Source: an uncultured Lachnospiraceae bacterium (GTDB taxonomy: Bacteria; Bacillota; Clostridia; Lachnospirales; Lachnospiraceae). Taken from it: a stretch of DNA of 64,000 nucleotides. Below the pieces are notes generated by a model. That model had not been told where the DNA came from, did not search any database, and saw only the letters and a program-made list of their open reading frames with translations. The translations under genes were made by a program, and so were the position numbers. Each line of letters starts with the position of its first letter. The first letter of the stretch is position 1. This document shows positions 29,878 to 37,917 of this stretch, in pieces. The DNA lies in contig CANRGZ010000002.1 in assembly GCA_947630295.1 (NCBI GenBank), forward strand, positions 3,224 to 67,223, given 5' to 3'.

Positions 29878-30807
29878 TCAATCGACGAAAAGTGCGTCAG
29901 ACAGACCATCCGTCGTCTGCAGCTGGGGAAGATGCCCCGCATCAGGCAGCATGGAAACGGTAATCTGCGGATTCAGACGGCGGTAGGCGGTTGCTTTTGT
30001 CCGACTGTCCGCCTCTTTCTCTCCGAAAAGAAGGGTGAGGGGTACGGAAAGGGCCGTCAGAATCTGCTTCACCGGCAAAATACCGTAGCCGAACAGCTCC
30101 GATGCATACATCCTTCTGGCATAACGAAGGGATTTGTGGGCGCTTTCATGGTAAACCACAGTCAGTTTTTGAATTTCTTCCGTTGACAGGCCGTAGGTTT
30201 CCAGAAAACGGTTTTCAATGGCTGTCAGACTGACGCAATGATTGTAGTACAGCGTGCCGAAGACCGGAATGGAAAGCAGCAGCCGGAGCAGTTTGCCGTA
30301 AAGGGTCAGCGCATGGGTCTGTCCCTTGGGCGCTGCGGGATTCACGCAGATGATTTTGTGAATCCGTTCCGGTGCAAGCTGGGTGGAAAGCAGGGCAAAG
30401 GAACTGCTGTCTCCGCTTGTAATAATGACGGCGGGTTCACCCACGACTTCTTCCAGAAACTGGGTCAGGAATTTCACATAGAAATAACCGGAATACAATG
30501 TATCGGGCTTGCTGCTTCTGCCGCAGCCCGGCAGATCCGGAATATAAACGGTGTGTTCTTTGCTGAGCTGCTCTGCCACCCTATGCCATTCGTAGCCGCT
30601 GGAAGCGGCAGTAAGATCATGCAGCAGAACTACCGGCGTGCCGCTGCCGCGTCTTTCGTACCAGATTTTCCCGTAATTCCACAGAAAAAAATGTCCGCAT
30701 TCTCCTTTAAGACAGGACGTATCAGCCAGAAAAGCGATTGTCTTATTATAAAGGGCGGTCAGGCAAACCGAAGAAAAAAATATTTTAAAGAATTTTTTAA
30801 AATGCAT
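29878..30807 (-). CDS. Alpha/beta-fold hydrolase family protein
   Basis: 309-aa ORF with VVLLHDLTAASSGYEW (oxyanion region), a nucleophile-elbow-like ITSGDSSSF and a C-terminal DAGHLPQ His region. Confidence 0.55.
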   Translation of the reverse strand: MHFKKFFKIFFSSVCLTALYNKTIAFLADTSCLKGECGHFFLWNYGKIWYERRGSGTPVVLLHDLTAASSGYEWHRVAEQLSKEHTVYIPDLPGCGRSSKPDTLYSGYFYVKFLTQFLEEVVGEPAVIITSGDSSSFALLSTQLAPERIHKIICVNPAAPKGQTHALTLYGKLLRLLLSIPVFGTLYYNHCVSLTAIENRFLETYGLSTEEIQKLTVVYHESAHKSLRYARRMYASELFGYGILPVKQILTALSVPLTLLFGEKEADSRTKATAYRRLNPQITVSMLPDAGHLPQLQTTDGLSDALFVD

Positions 30808-30971
30808 TTAAAAAGTCTCCAAACCGTTGTATGATAAGAACAGGGTTTTCTGCGCCGTTTGCCTTTCGGCAAGGCACTGGAAAAATCTGTGCTTTCAATA
30901 AATAAGTATAAACAGTTTTGGGCGAAGTATCAAGACAAAACTAATATCTGTTTTTAAAAAGACGGGCGAAT

Positions 30972-31565
30972 ATGTACGAGAAAACCGTCCGGCGGAAATC
31001 ATGCAGGGGAAATGACACGATGGTCAGAGAAAATAATGCGCTTGCAAAATATCTGGAAAGTGAAATCGAACGCTTAAAAAAAGAGATCGAAAACAAGAAA
31101 GAAATACATTATGTAAACCAAAAGATTATTGAAGAATGTCAGGCGCGGATACGAACCTATCGCGACAAGGAAGACAGTGTCTTTGGTCTCCTCTCTCCTA
31201 TTGTGGTGGAATCCTCTTATCAGGAACAGATCGATGCCGAAAACCAGATGATTGCGCAGACCAACGAAGAAAACATGACGCTGATTGCAGGAATTGCGGA
31301 GTGCAATGACAAAATCAATGAGATTCAGAAGCAGCTGAAAGCCCAGCCGGAAGAAGAACCGAAAGGCCAGCCGGCGGAGGATTCCGCAGGGGCTTCTGTT
31401 TCGGCGGAGGACGAAGCGTTCCAGCAGGAATGGACACAGTTTATTCAGAATATATTGGAAGAACTGAAGCAGGCGGAGGAAGATTTCTATACGGATCCGG
31501 CTGCCTGCAAGAAACGAATTTCCGGATTGCGGACATATATTATTGATAAGTGCTATGGCAGTTGA
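30972..31565 (+). CDS. Hypothetical coiled-coil protein
   Basis: 197-aa ORF, E/K/Q-rich with a heptad-like sequence (YLESEIERLKKEIENKKE...). I recognise no family. An alternative start is ATG 31020 (MVRENN), preceded by AGGGGAAA. The stop abuts parS. Confidence 0.5.
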   Translation: MYEKTVRRKSCRGNDTMVRENNALAKYLESEIERLKKEIENKKEIHYVNQKIIEECQARIRTYRDKEDSVFGLLSPIVVESSYQEQIDAENQMIAQTNEENMTLIAGIAECNDKINEIQKQLKAQPEEEPKGQPAEDSAGASVSAEDEAFQQEWTQFIQNILEELKQAEEDFYTDPAACKKRISGLRTYIIDKCYGS

Positions 31566-31581
31566 TGTTTCACGTGAAACA
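31566..31581. promoter_or_regulatory. parS site 1
   Basis: TGTTTCACGTGAAACA is a perfect 16-bp palindrome matching the Firmicutes parS consensus TGTTNCACGTGAAACA. It is embedded in a 26-bp perfect palindrome, GTTGATGTTTCACGTGAAACATCAAC (31561-31586). Confidence 0.85.
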
Positions 31582-31645
31582 TCAACTGCCGCAGAAAGCG
31601 TGGCATATGGAAAACCGGAAAGCAGTCACAAGAAAAAAACGGTTA

Positions 31646-31661
31646 TGTTTCACGTGAAACA
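31646..31661. promoter_or_regulatory. parS site 2
   Basis: A second exact copy of TGTTTCACGTGAAACA, 80 bp from the first and about 33 bp upstream of the parA -35. Confidence 0.85.
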
Positions 31662-31693
31662 ATGAAATACAGGCATGTTCGCACAAAGAAAGG

Positions 31694-31722
31694 TTGAAAA
31701 TCCCCAAATAGTCTGATATAGT
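31694..31722 (+). promoter_or_regulatory. Sigma-A type promoter of parA-parB operon
   Basis: TTGAAA (31694-31699), a 17-nt spacer, then TATAGT (31717-31722). Confidence 0.5.
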
Positions 31723-31759
31723 GAAAAAGGCTATTTGAGCGCGAAAGGAGGAACAGCCG

Positions 31760-32533
31760 ATGGGAAGAATTATAGCCATTGCCAATCAGAAAGGCGGCGT
31801 GGGAAAAACAACCACGACAATCAGCCTGTCGGCTTGTCTCGCGGAAAAAGGCCAGCGGGTACTGGTGGTGGACGCTGATCCCCAGGGAAACACCACAAGC
31901 GGACTGGGGTTTGAAAAAGACGAGCTTCCATATACCCTGTACGAATTACTTTTGGGAAACTGTAATGTGGTACAGTGTACCTATCAGAATGCATTTGTGG
32001 AAAATCTGGATCTCTGGCCATCGAACATCAACCTGTCCGGGGCGGAAATCGAACTGATGGAATATGAAAACAAGGAATATCTGTTAAAAGATGCCATTCA
32101 GCAGGTGCGGAAGAACTATGATTTTGTATTGATTGACTGTCCGCCGGCACTGACCATGCTGACGGTCAATGCCATGACGGCGGCAGATACTGTGCTGGTG
32201 CCGATTCAGTGTGAGTATTACGCACTGGAAGGCCTGACACAGCTGATGCACACCGTAGATCTGGTCAGAGAGCGGTTAAATGAATCACTGGAAGTAGAAG
32301 GCGTTGTATTTACCATGTATGATGCCAGAACCAACCTGTCTTTGCAGGTGGTAGACAATGTAAAAGAAAATTTAGACAAGAACATTTATAAGACCATTAT
32401 ACCAAGAAATGTCAGACTCGCGGAAGCGCCCAGCTACGGCGTTCCGATTACGGTTTATGATCCGAAGTCTGTCGGCGCGGAGATGTATCGGACGCTGGCG
32501 GAGGAAGTCTTAAACAGAAAGGATGCATCATGA
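31760..32533 (+). CDS. parA: Chromosome partitioning ATPase ParA/Soj
   Basis: 257-aa ORF with the deviant Walker A ANQKGGVGKTTT and the motif DCPPAL. It lies directly upstream of parB. Confidence 0.92.
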   Translation: MGRIIAIANQKGGVGKTTTTISLSACLAEKGQRVLVVDADPQGNTTSGLGFEKDELPYTLYELLLGNCNVVQCTYQNAFVENLDLWPSNINLSGAEIELMEYENKEYLLKDAIQQVRKNYDFVLIDCPPALTMLTVNAMTAADTVLVPIQCEYYALEGLTQLMHTVDLVRERLNESLEVEGVVFTMYDARTNLSLQVVDNVKENLDKNIYKTIIPRNVRLAEAPSYGVPITVYDPKSVGAEMYRTLAEEVLNRKDAS

Positions 32534-33489
32534 CAGTAAAAGGCGGCCTGGGAAGAGGCCTGAACAAGGGCGGCGGCATCGATGCCATTATTGCGCCGAA
32601 AAAAAACGGCGGAGAAAAAAGCAAAAATTCGGGATCTGCTGCGAAAAAAGCGCCGACGACGGAAAAGCAGTCGCAAAGCACCGCAAAAAGCAGGGAAGCC
32701 GCGGAGTTTTTTGCTGATATTTCATTGGTATTGCCCAATCAAAATCAACCGAGAAAAGAATTTGACGAAGCAGCCTTACAGGAACTGGCCGAATCCATCC
32801 GGCAGTACGGCGTGATCAGTCCGCTGATTGTCAGAAGCAGCGACGGATTCTACGAAATTATCGCCGGCGAACGCCGGTGGCGTGCGGCAAAGCTGGCAGG
32901 TCTGAAGAAAATACCGGTGATTGTCCGGGATTATGACGCGCAGATCGCCGCAGAGGTAGCTTTGATTGAAAATATACAGCGGGAAGATTTGAATCCGATT
33001 GAAGAAGCAAAGGCGTACCAGCGCCTGATGGATGAATTTTCCCTGAAACAGGAAGATATTGCGGAGAAAGTCTCCAAAAGCAGGGTTTTTATTACAAATT
33101 CCCTGCGTCTGCTCCGGCTGGATGCAAGAGTACAGCGTATGTTGGAAGACAAGCTGATTTCTGCCGGGCATGCCAGAGCGATTCTGGGACTGTCGGATCC
33201 GGAGGCGCAGTATGCTGCTGCGCAGCGCGCTTTTCATGAAAATTTAAGCGTACGGGAAGTGGAAAAGCTGGTAAGGAATTACGGAAAAGCGCCGGCAGTC
33301 AAAAGCAAAGCGCCGGCTTCTGTTATGGCGGTCTATGCAGATTTGACGGAAAAACTGACGGAGGCATTGGGAACAAAGGTTTCCATTCACCGCAAGGACA
33401 ACGAAAAAGGGCGGCTGGAGATTTCCTATCATTCCCCACAGGAGTTGGAGGATATTGCCGCACGTTTGATAAGGGGATATAACAAATAA
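32530..33489 (+). CDS. parB: Chromosome partitioning protein ParB/Spo0J
   Basis: 319-aa ORF with the CTP-binding/arginine patch motif IIAGERRWRAAKLAG and an HTH region QEDIAEKVSKSRVFITNSLRLL. It has a Lys-rich N-terminal extension and a 4-bp overlap with parA. Confidence 0.92.
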   Translation: MTVKGGLGRGLNKGGGIDAIIAPKKNGGEKSKNSGSAAKKAPTTEKQSQSTAKSREAAEFFADISLVLPNQNQPRKEFDEAALQELAESIRQYGVISPLIVRSSDGFYEIIAGERRWRAAKLAGLKKIPVIVRDYDAQIAAEVALIENIQREDLNPIEEAKAYQRLMDEFSLKQEDIAEKVSKSRVFITNSLRLLRLDARVQRMLEDKLISAGHARAILGLSDPEAQYAAAQRAFHENLSVREVEKLVRNYGKAPAVKSKAPASVMAVYADLTEKLTEALGTKVSIHRKDNEKGRLEISYHSPQELEDIAARLIRGYNK

Positions 33490-33535
33490 TAAGAACGACT
33501 TAAAGTTAATAAGTAATTACAAGGAGGATGGTATT

Positions 33536-34051
33536 ATGATCAGAATTATCTTCGGCATACTGCTTGGGCTCCTTTTGATTGCTCTTGTTTATCTTTTCTA
33601 TGTACTTCAGCAGACAAAAGCAAAGGTAAGTTATCTGGAAAGACGGTATATGAAGCTTTTGCAGGGAAATTCCGTAGCCAACATGGAAACCATTATTCTG
33701 AAGCGGTTTGCGGAAATTGATATACTGAAAAAAAGTACGAGAACCGTAGCGGATTCCCTGGACGCCATCGGCGACGCCTGTGAAAATGCGATTCAGAAAG
33801 TGGGTCTGGTGAAGTATGACGCCTTTGAGGACATCGGCGGCAACCGGAGCTTTGCACTGGCGCTGCTGAACCGTAATTACAGCGGCGTGGTGCTCAATGC
33901 GATTCACGGCAAGGACGGCTGTTATACTTATGTGAAGGAAATTACAGAAGGAAAACCTGTGGCGATGCTGACGGAGGAAGAAATGCTTGCTCTGGAAAAG
34001 GCACTGCGCGGGAGTAAGACTTTGAAAACAGATCAGCAGGAGGTCAGATAG
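33536..34051 (+). CDS. DUF4446-family membrane-anchored protein
   Basis: 171-aa ORF with an N-terminal TM helix and the motif VKYDAFEDIGGNRSFALALLNRNYSGVVLNAIHGKDG. It sits in the conserved position after parB in Firmicutes (recall). Confidence 0.7.
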   Translation: MIRIIFGILLGLLLIALVYLFYVLQQTKAKVSYLERRYMKLLQGNSVANMETIILKRFAEIDILKKSTRTVADSLDAIGDACENAIQKVGLVKYDAFEDIGGNRSFALALLNRNYSGVVLNAIHGKDGCYTYVKEITEGKPVAMLTEEEMLALEKALRGSKTLKTDQQEVR

Positions 34052-34054
34052 ATC

Positions 34055-35335
34055 ATGTTGGATATTAAATTTGTAAGGGAAAACCCGGACATTGTAAAGC
34101 AGAATATCCGGAATAAATTTCAGGATGCGAAGCTGCCGCTGGTAGACGAGGCGATTGTCCTGGACGGCAGAAACCGGGAGATCAAACAGGAAGTGGAGGC
34201 CCTTCGTGCCGAACGCAATAAAGCGTCGAAGCAGATCGGCGCCCTGATGGGACAGGGAAAACGGGAAGAAGCCGAGCAGATCAAGCAGGAAATTGCCGCA
34301 AAAGGCGCACAGATCGACGCCCTTTCCACAGAGGAAAAGGAAGTGGAGGAAAAGCTGCTGCAGGTGATGATGCGGATTCCCAATATCATCGATGCTTCCG
34401 TTCCCATCGGAAAAGATGACAGCGAAAATGTAGAGGTGGAGCGTTTCGGTGAACCGGCAGTGCCGGATTTTGAGATACCGTATCACACAGAAATCATGGA
34501 ACGATTCAGCGGCATCGATCTGGATGCAGCCAGAAAAGTGGCCGGCAACGGGTTTTATTATCTGATGGGTGATATTGCCCGGCTGCATTCCGCAGTGACG
34601 GCCTATGCCCGGGATTTTATGATCGGCAGAGGGTATACTTATTGTGTGCCGCCGTTTATGATCCGCGGCAATGTGGTACAGGGCGTTATGAGTTTTGCGG
34701 AAATGGATGCCATGATGTACAAGATCGAGGGAGAAGATCTGTATCTGATTGGAACCAGCGAGCATTCCATGATCGGCAAATTTATAGATACTATTTTAGA
34801 GGCGGACAAGCTGCCCCTGAAGCTGACCAGCTACAGTCCCTGCTTCCGGAAGGAAAAAGGCGCCCACGGCATTGAGGAACGGGGTGTGTACCGGATCCAC
34901 CAGTTTGAAAAACAGGAAATGATTGTGATCTGCAAGCCGGAAGACAGCATGAAGTATTATAATGAAATGTGGAAAAATACGGTGGATTTCTTCCGGAGCA
35001 TGGATATTCCGGTGCGGACGCTGGAATGCTGCTCGGGGGATCTGGCGGATCTGAAGGTCAAGAGCGTGGACGTAGAAGCATGGAGCCCCAGACAGAAGAA
35101 ATATTTTGAGGTGGGAAGCTGTTCCAATCTGGGAGACGCCCAGGCAAGAAGGCTGAAAATCCGCGTTGTGGGCAGCGACGGCAGCAAATATTTTGCGCAT
35201 ACGCTGAACAATACCGTAGTTGCGCCGCCCAGAATGCTGATCGCATTTTTGGAAAATAATCTGCAGGCGGACGGAAGCATCCGGATTCCTGCGCCGCTGC
35301 AGCCCTATATGGGCGGCATGGATGCCATCAGATAA
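34055..35335 (+). CDS. serS: Serine--tRNA ligase
   Basis: 426-aa ORF with the N-terminal coiled-coil MLDIKFVRENPD and class II motifs (FRKEKGAHG, GSCSNLGDAQARR). Confidence 0.95.
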   Translation: MLDIKFVRENPDIVKQNIRNKFQDAKLPLVDEAIVLDGRNREIKQEVEALRAERNKASKQIGALMGQGKREEAEQIKQEIAAKGAQIDALSTEEKEVEEKLLQVMMRIPNIIDASVPIGKDDSENVEVERFGEPAVPDFEIPYHTEIMERFSGIDLDAARKVAGNGFYYLMGDIARLHSAVTAYARDFMIGRGYTYCVPPFMIRGNVVQGVMSFAEMDAMMYKIEGEDLYLIGTSEHSMIGKFIDTILEADKLPLKLTSYSPCFRKEKGAHGIEERGVYRIHQFEKQEMIVICKPEDSMKYYNEMWKNTVDFFRSMDIPVRTLECCSGDLADLKVKSVDVEAWSPRQKKYFEVGSCSNLGDAQARRLKIRVVGSDGSKYFAHTLNNTVVAPPRMLIAFLENNLQADGSIRIPAPLQPYMGGMDAIR

Positions 35336-35353
35336 CAGGAGACAGGCAGGATT

Positions 35354-36226
35354 ATGCATAAATATATGAGAGCCATCGGCTTTTCCGAAAAGCTGAACAA
35401 AATCGAGCAGGAAGCGCTGCTGGCGGTGATTCTCAAGAACCCGGACGAGGTTTCGGTGTGGAACCGGAAGGACGGGCAGTGCTTTTCGGAAGTGGAAAAG
35501 GATATGGCTTATCACATCGGGATTTGTCTGCGGGGCGAGGGAATCCTCGGAAAAGATTTTGAGCCGGAATATTATTTTCCTTATATAAAGAGCACCAATA
35601 TGAAGGCTTTTCGGGAAGTATCGGTGGAACGGCATGCGGATAAGGAATCCTATGCGGCGGTTTGTGAAGAAGAAAATATGAACCTGAGCATTATCTTTTA
35701 TCTGCAGAATGCATTCGGCTATTTGAGCAGTACGGAAAAAGCCGGGTACGGCACGCTGTTTCCGACGGTCAGTTTTTCCGGGCTTTGCACGGAAGGCAAA
35801 ATTCTGTGCCCGGTGCATAACAATGTGAAGGCGTCCCAGGTGGCGGGCACCTCGGCCCGCAGCGAAATGGCGGAGCTGGCCAGAAACGGAGATCAGATGG
35901 CGGCGGAAGCGCTGGCCATGGACAATATTAACGAATATCAGATGTTATCGAAGCGCCTGATGAACGAGGACGTCTACAGCATTGTGGAACGTTCTTTTAT
36001 TCCCTATGGCGTGGAATGCGATAATTATATGGTTATCGGCGATATTTTAAATGTCGCCGGGGTGGAAAATTCCATTACCAAAGAAAAAATCTGGATACTG
36101 AATGTCAGGAGCCGGGAGCTTGTGATTGATATCTGCATCAATCAGAAGGATCTGATGGGAGAACCTGCAGTAGGAAGACGGTTTAAGGGGGATATATGGC
36201 TTCAGGGCAGCATCACGGCAGACTAG
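35354..36226 (+). CDS. Hypothetical protein (DUF3881-like by recall)
   Basis: 290-aa ORF starting MHKYMRAIGFSE. The family assignment is from memory only. Confidence 0.5.
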   Translation: MHKYMRAIGFSEKLNKIEQEALLAVILKNPDEVSVWNRKDGQCFSEVEKDMAYHIGICLRGEGILGKDFEPEYYFPYIKSTNMKAFREVSVERHADKESYAAVCEEENMNLSIIFYLQNAFGYLSSTEKAGYGTLFPTVSFSGLCTEGKILCPVHNNVKASQVAGTSARSEMAELARNGDQMAAEALAMDNINEYQMLSKRLMNEDVYSIVERSFIPYGVECDNYMVIGDILNVAGVENSITKEKIWILNVRSRELVIDICINQKDLMGEPAVGRRFKGDIWLQGSITAD

Positions 36227-36246
36227 CGGCAGGCGGAAAGAAAAAA

Positions 36247-36894
36247 ATGTCGAGAGAATTTGCCTACTGCATGGGTCTGCTGACAATGCCTTTTGCGATT
36301 GCCCTTTCCACGAAGGCCAATCTGGGACTGTCCATGATCGCGGCGCCCGCCTATATCATCAGTGAGAAGGCAGAGGCTTTAAGTTACGGACAGGCGGAGT
36401 ATATCGTGCAGACACTGGTATTGATTCTGATGTGTCTGATTGTGAAAAAGTTCAAGCTTTCGTATTTGTTTTCGTTTATTACTTCGATTCTTTACGGAAC
36501 GCTGCTGGATGTGGATCTTTATCTGCTGCGGGGGCTGGAACCAAAGACCCTGCTGTTTAGAGTAATCCTTTTCTTATTGGGAATGATAATAACCTCTTTG
36601 TCGGTTGCATTTTTCTTCAGAACCTATATTCCGCCCTGTTCCTATGACTTTTTTGTCCGGGATGTGGTGGCGGAAAAGCATGCAGATATGCGAAAATTCA
36701 AGACAGGATTTGACGCGGCATTTCTGTTGTTGTCGCTGCTGCTGTCTTTGATTTTGTTTCACGGATTCGTAGGTGTCAGCATCGGTACAGTTGTGATTGT
36801 CTGCATCAACGGCAGCCTGATTTCCGCAATTGACCGTTTTATGGAAAGACATTTTGAATTTTATGACCGGTTCCCGCTGCGGAAGTATTTTTAA
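36247..36894 (+). CDS. Polytopic membrane protein (YczE/DUF6198-like)
   Basis: Start at ATG 36247 (MSREFAYCMGLLTMPFAIAL...). It has about 5-6 hydrophobic segments. Confidence 0.55.
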   Translation: MSREFAYCMGLLTMPFAIALSTKANLGLSMIAAPAYIISEKAEALSYGQAEYIVQTLVLILMCLIVKKFKLSYLFSFITSILYGTLLDVDLYLLRGLEPKTLLFRVILFLLGMIITSLSVAFFFRTYIPPCSYDFFVRDVVAEKHADMRKFKTGFDAAFLLLSLLLSLILFHGFVGVSIGTVVIVCINGSLISAIDRFMERHFEFYDRFPLRKYF

Positions 36895-36939
36895 CCGGTG
36901 AAGATTTCGTTTTACGTGTTACAGGAAGGAAAATAGAAT

Positions 36940-37917
36940 TTGAATTATATAGTTCTGGATCTCGAATGGAACCAGTGTCCTTACGGAAAAGAGTATGGAA
37001 AAAAAGCGCTGCCCTTCGAGATCATAGAGATCGGCGCTGTCAAGCTGGATGAGGACAGAAACATGGTGGACGAATTTCACCGTGTGATCAAGCCGAAAGA
37101 GTATAAAAAGATCCATTATAAAACACAGAAAGTAATTCATCTGACACAGCAGCAGCTGAAAAGCGGCGTGGGTTTTCCGCAGGCAATGGAAGAATTTTTT
37201 GCATGGTGCAGTCCGCAGGATACCTTCTGCACCTGGGGTATCAGCGATCTGACGGAACTGCAGCGGAATATGGATTACTTTAAGGTCAAAAACGTATTTC
37301 CGAAGCCGCTGTATTATTATGATATACAGGAACTGATGGCGGTGGATCTGGATGAACGGGATAAACGGCGGACGCTGGAGAGCGCGGTGGAATATTACCG
37401 GATAAAGAAGGAACGGGAATTTCACGGCGCGGCAGGGGACGCTTTTTATACAGCAAAGATTCTGCAGGCACTGCACTGGGAAAAGGTCAGAATCTACTAC
37501 ACCTTTAACTGTTATCGAAATCCCCGGAGCAAGGAAGAGGAGATAACGGCGATTTATCCGGACGGCTCGAAATTTGTTTCGCGGGAGTTTGCCACAAAGG
37601 AACGGGCCATGAAGGATCGGAGTCTGCTGACGATGCAGTGTTTTCAGTGCGGCAGAAGCCTCAGAAACAAAGTCAAATGGTTTGCGTCACAGCAGAAGGT
37701 GTACGAAAGCATTTATAAATGCCCGAAACACGGACTAATGCTGTGCAAGATCCGTTTCAAGAGTCTCCCGAATGGAAATTATTTCGCGGTACGGTCCATT
37801 GAAGCTGCCGACGATGCGGCGATGCAGGCGGTGCTGGACAGAAAAGAGCAGATCAAGATTCGCAGAAGACGGCGGAACGGGCAGTTAAGGAGGCGATCTG
37901 TTGGAAAAAGAGTTTGA
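36940..37917 (+). CDS. DEDDh 3'-5' exonuclease (KapD/ERI-1-like) with C-terminal Cys-cluster and Arg-rich tail
   Basis: Exo I is LDLEWNQ and Exo III is FHGAAGDAFYTAKI (H-x4-D). The C-terminus has CFQCGRS...YKCPKHG and RRRRRNGQLRRR. It uses a TTG start. Confidence 0.7.
   Translation: MNYIVLDLEWNQCPYGKEYGKKALPFEIIEIGAVKLDEDRNMVDEFHRVIKPKEYKKIHYKTQKVIHLTQQQLKSGVGFPQAMEEFFAWCSPQDTFCTWGISDLTELQRNMDYFKVKNVFPKPLYYYDIQELMAVDLDERDKRRTLESAVEYYRIKKEREFHGAAGDAFYTAKILQALHWEKVRIYYTFNCYRNPRSKEEEITAIYPDGSKFVSREFATKERAMKDRSLLTMQCFQCGRSLRNKVKWFASQQKVYESIYKCPKHGLMLCKIRFKSLPNGNYFAVRSIEAADDAAMQAVLDRKEQIKIRRRRRNGQLRRRSVGKRV

Noticed and set aside
33506-34765. 419-aa ORF antisense to the DUF4446 gene and serS
   Set aside because: It spans two confidently called genes and their junction on the opposite strand. 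It has no recognisable domain and is a shadow ORF.
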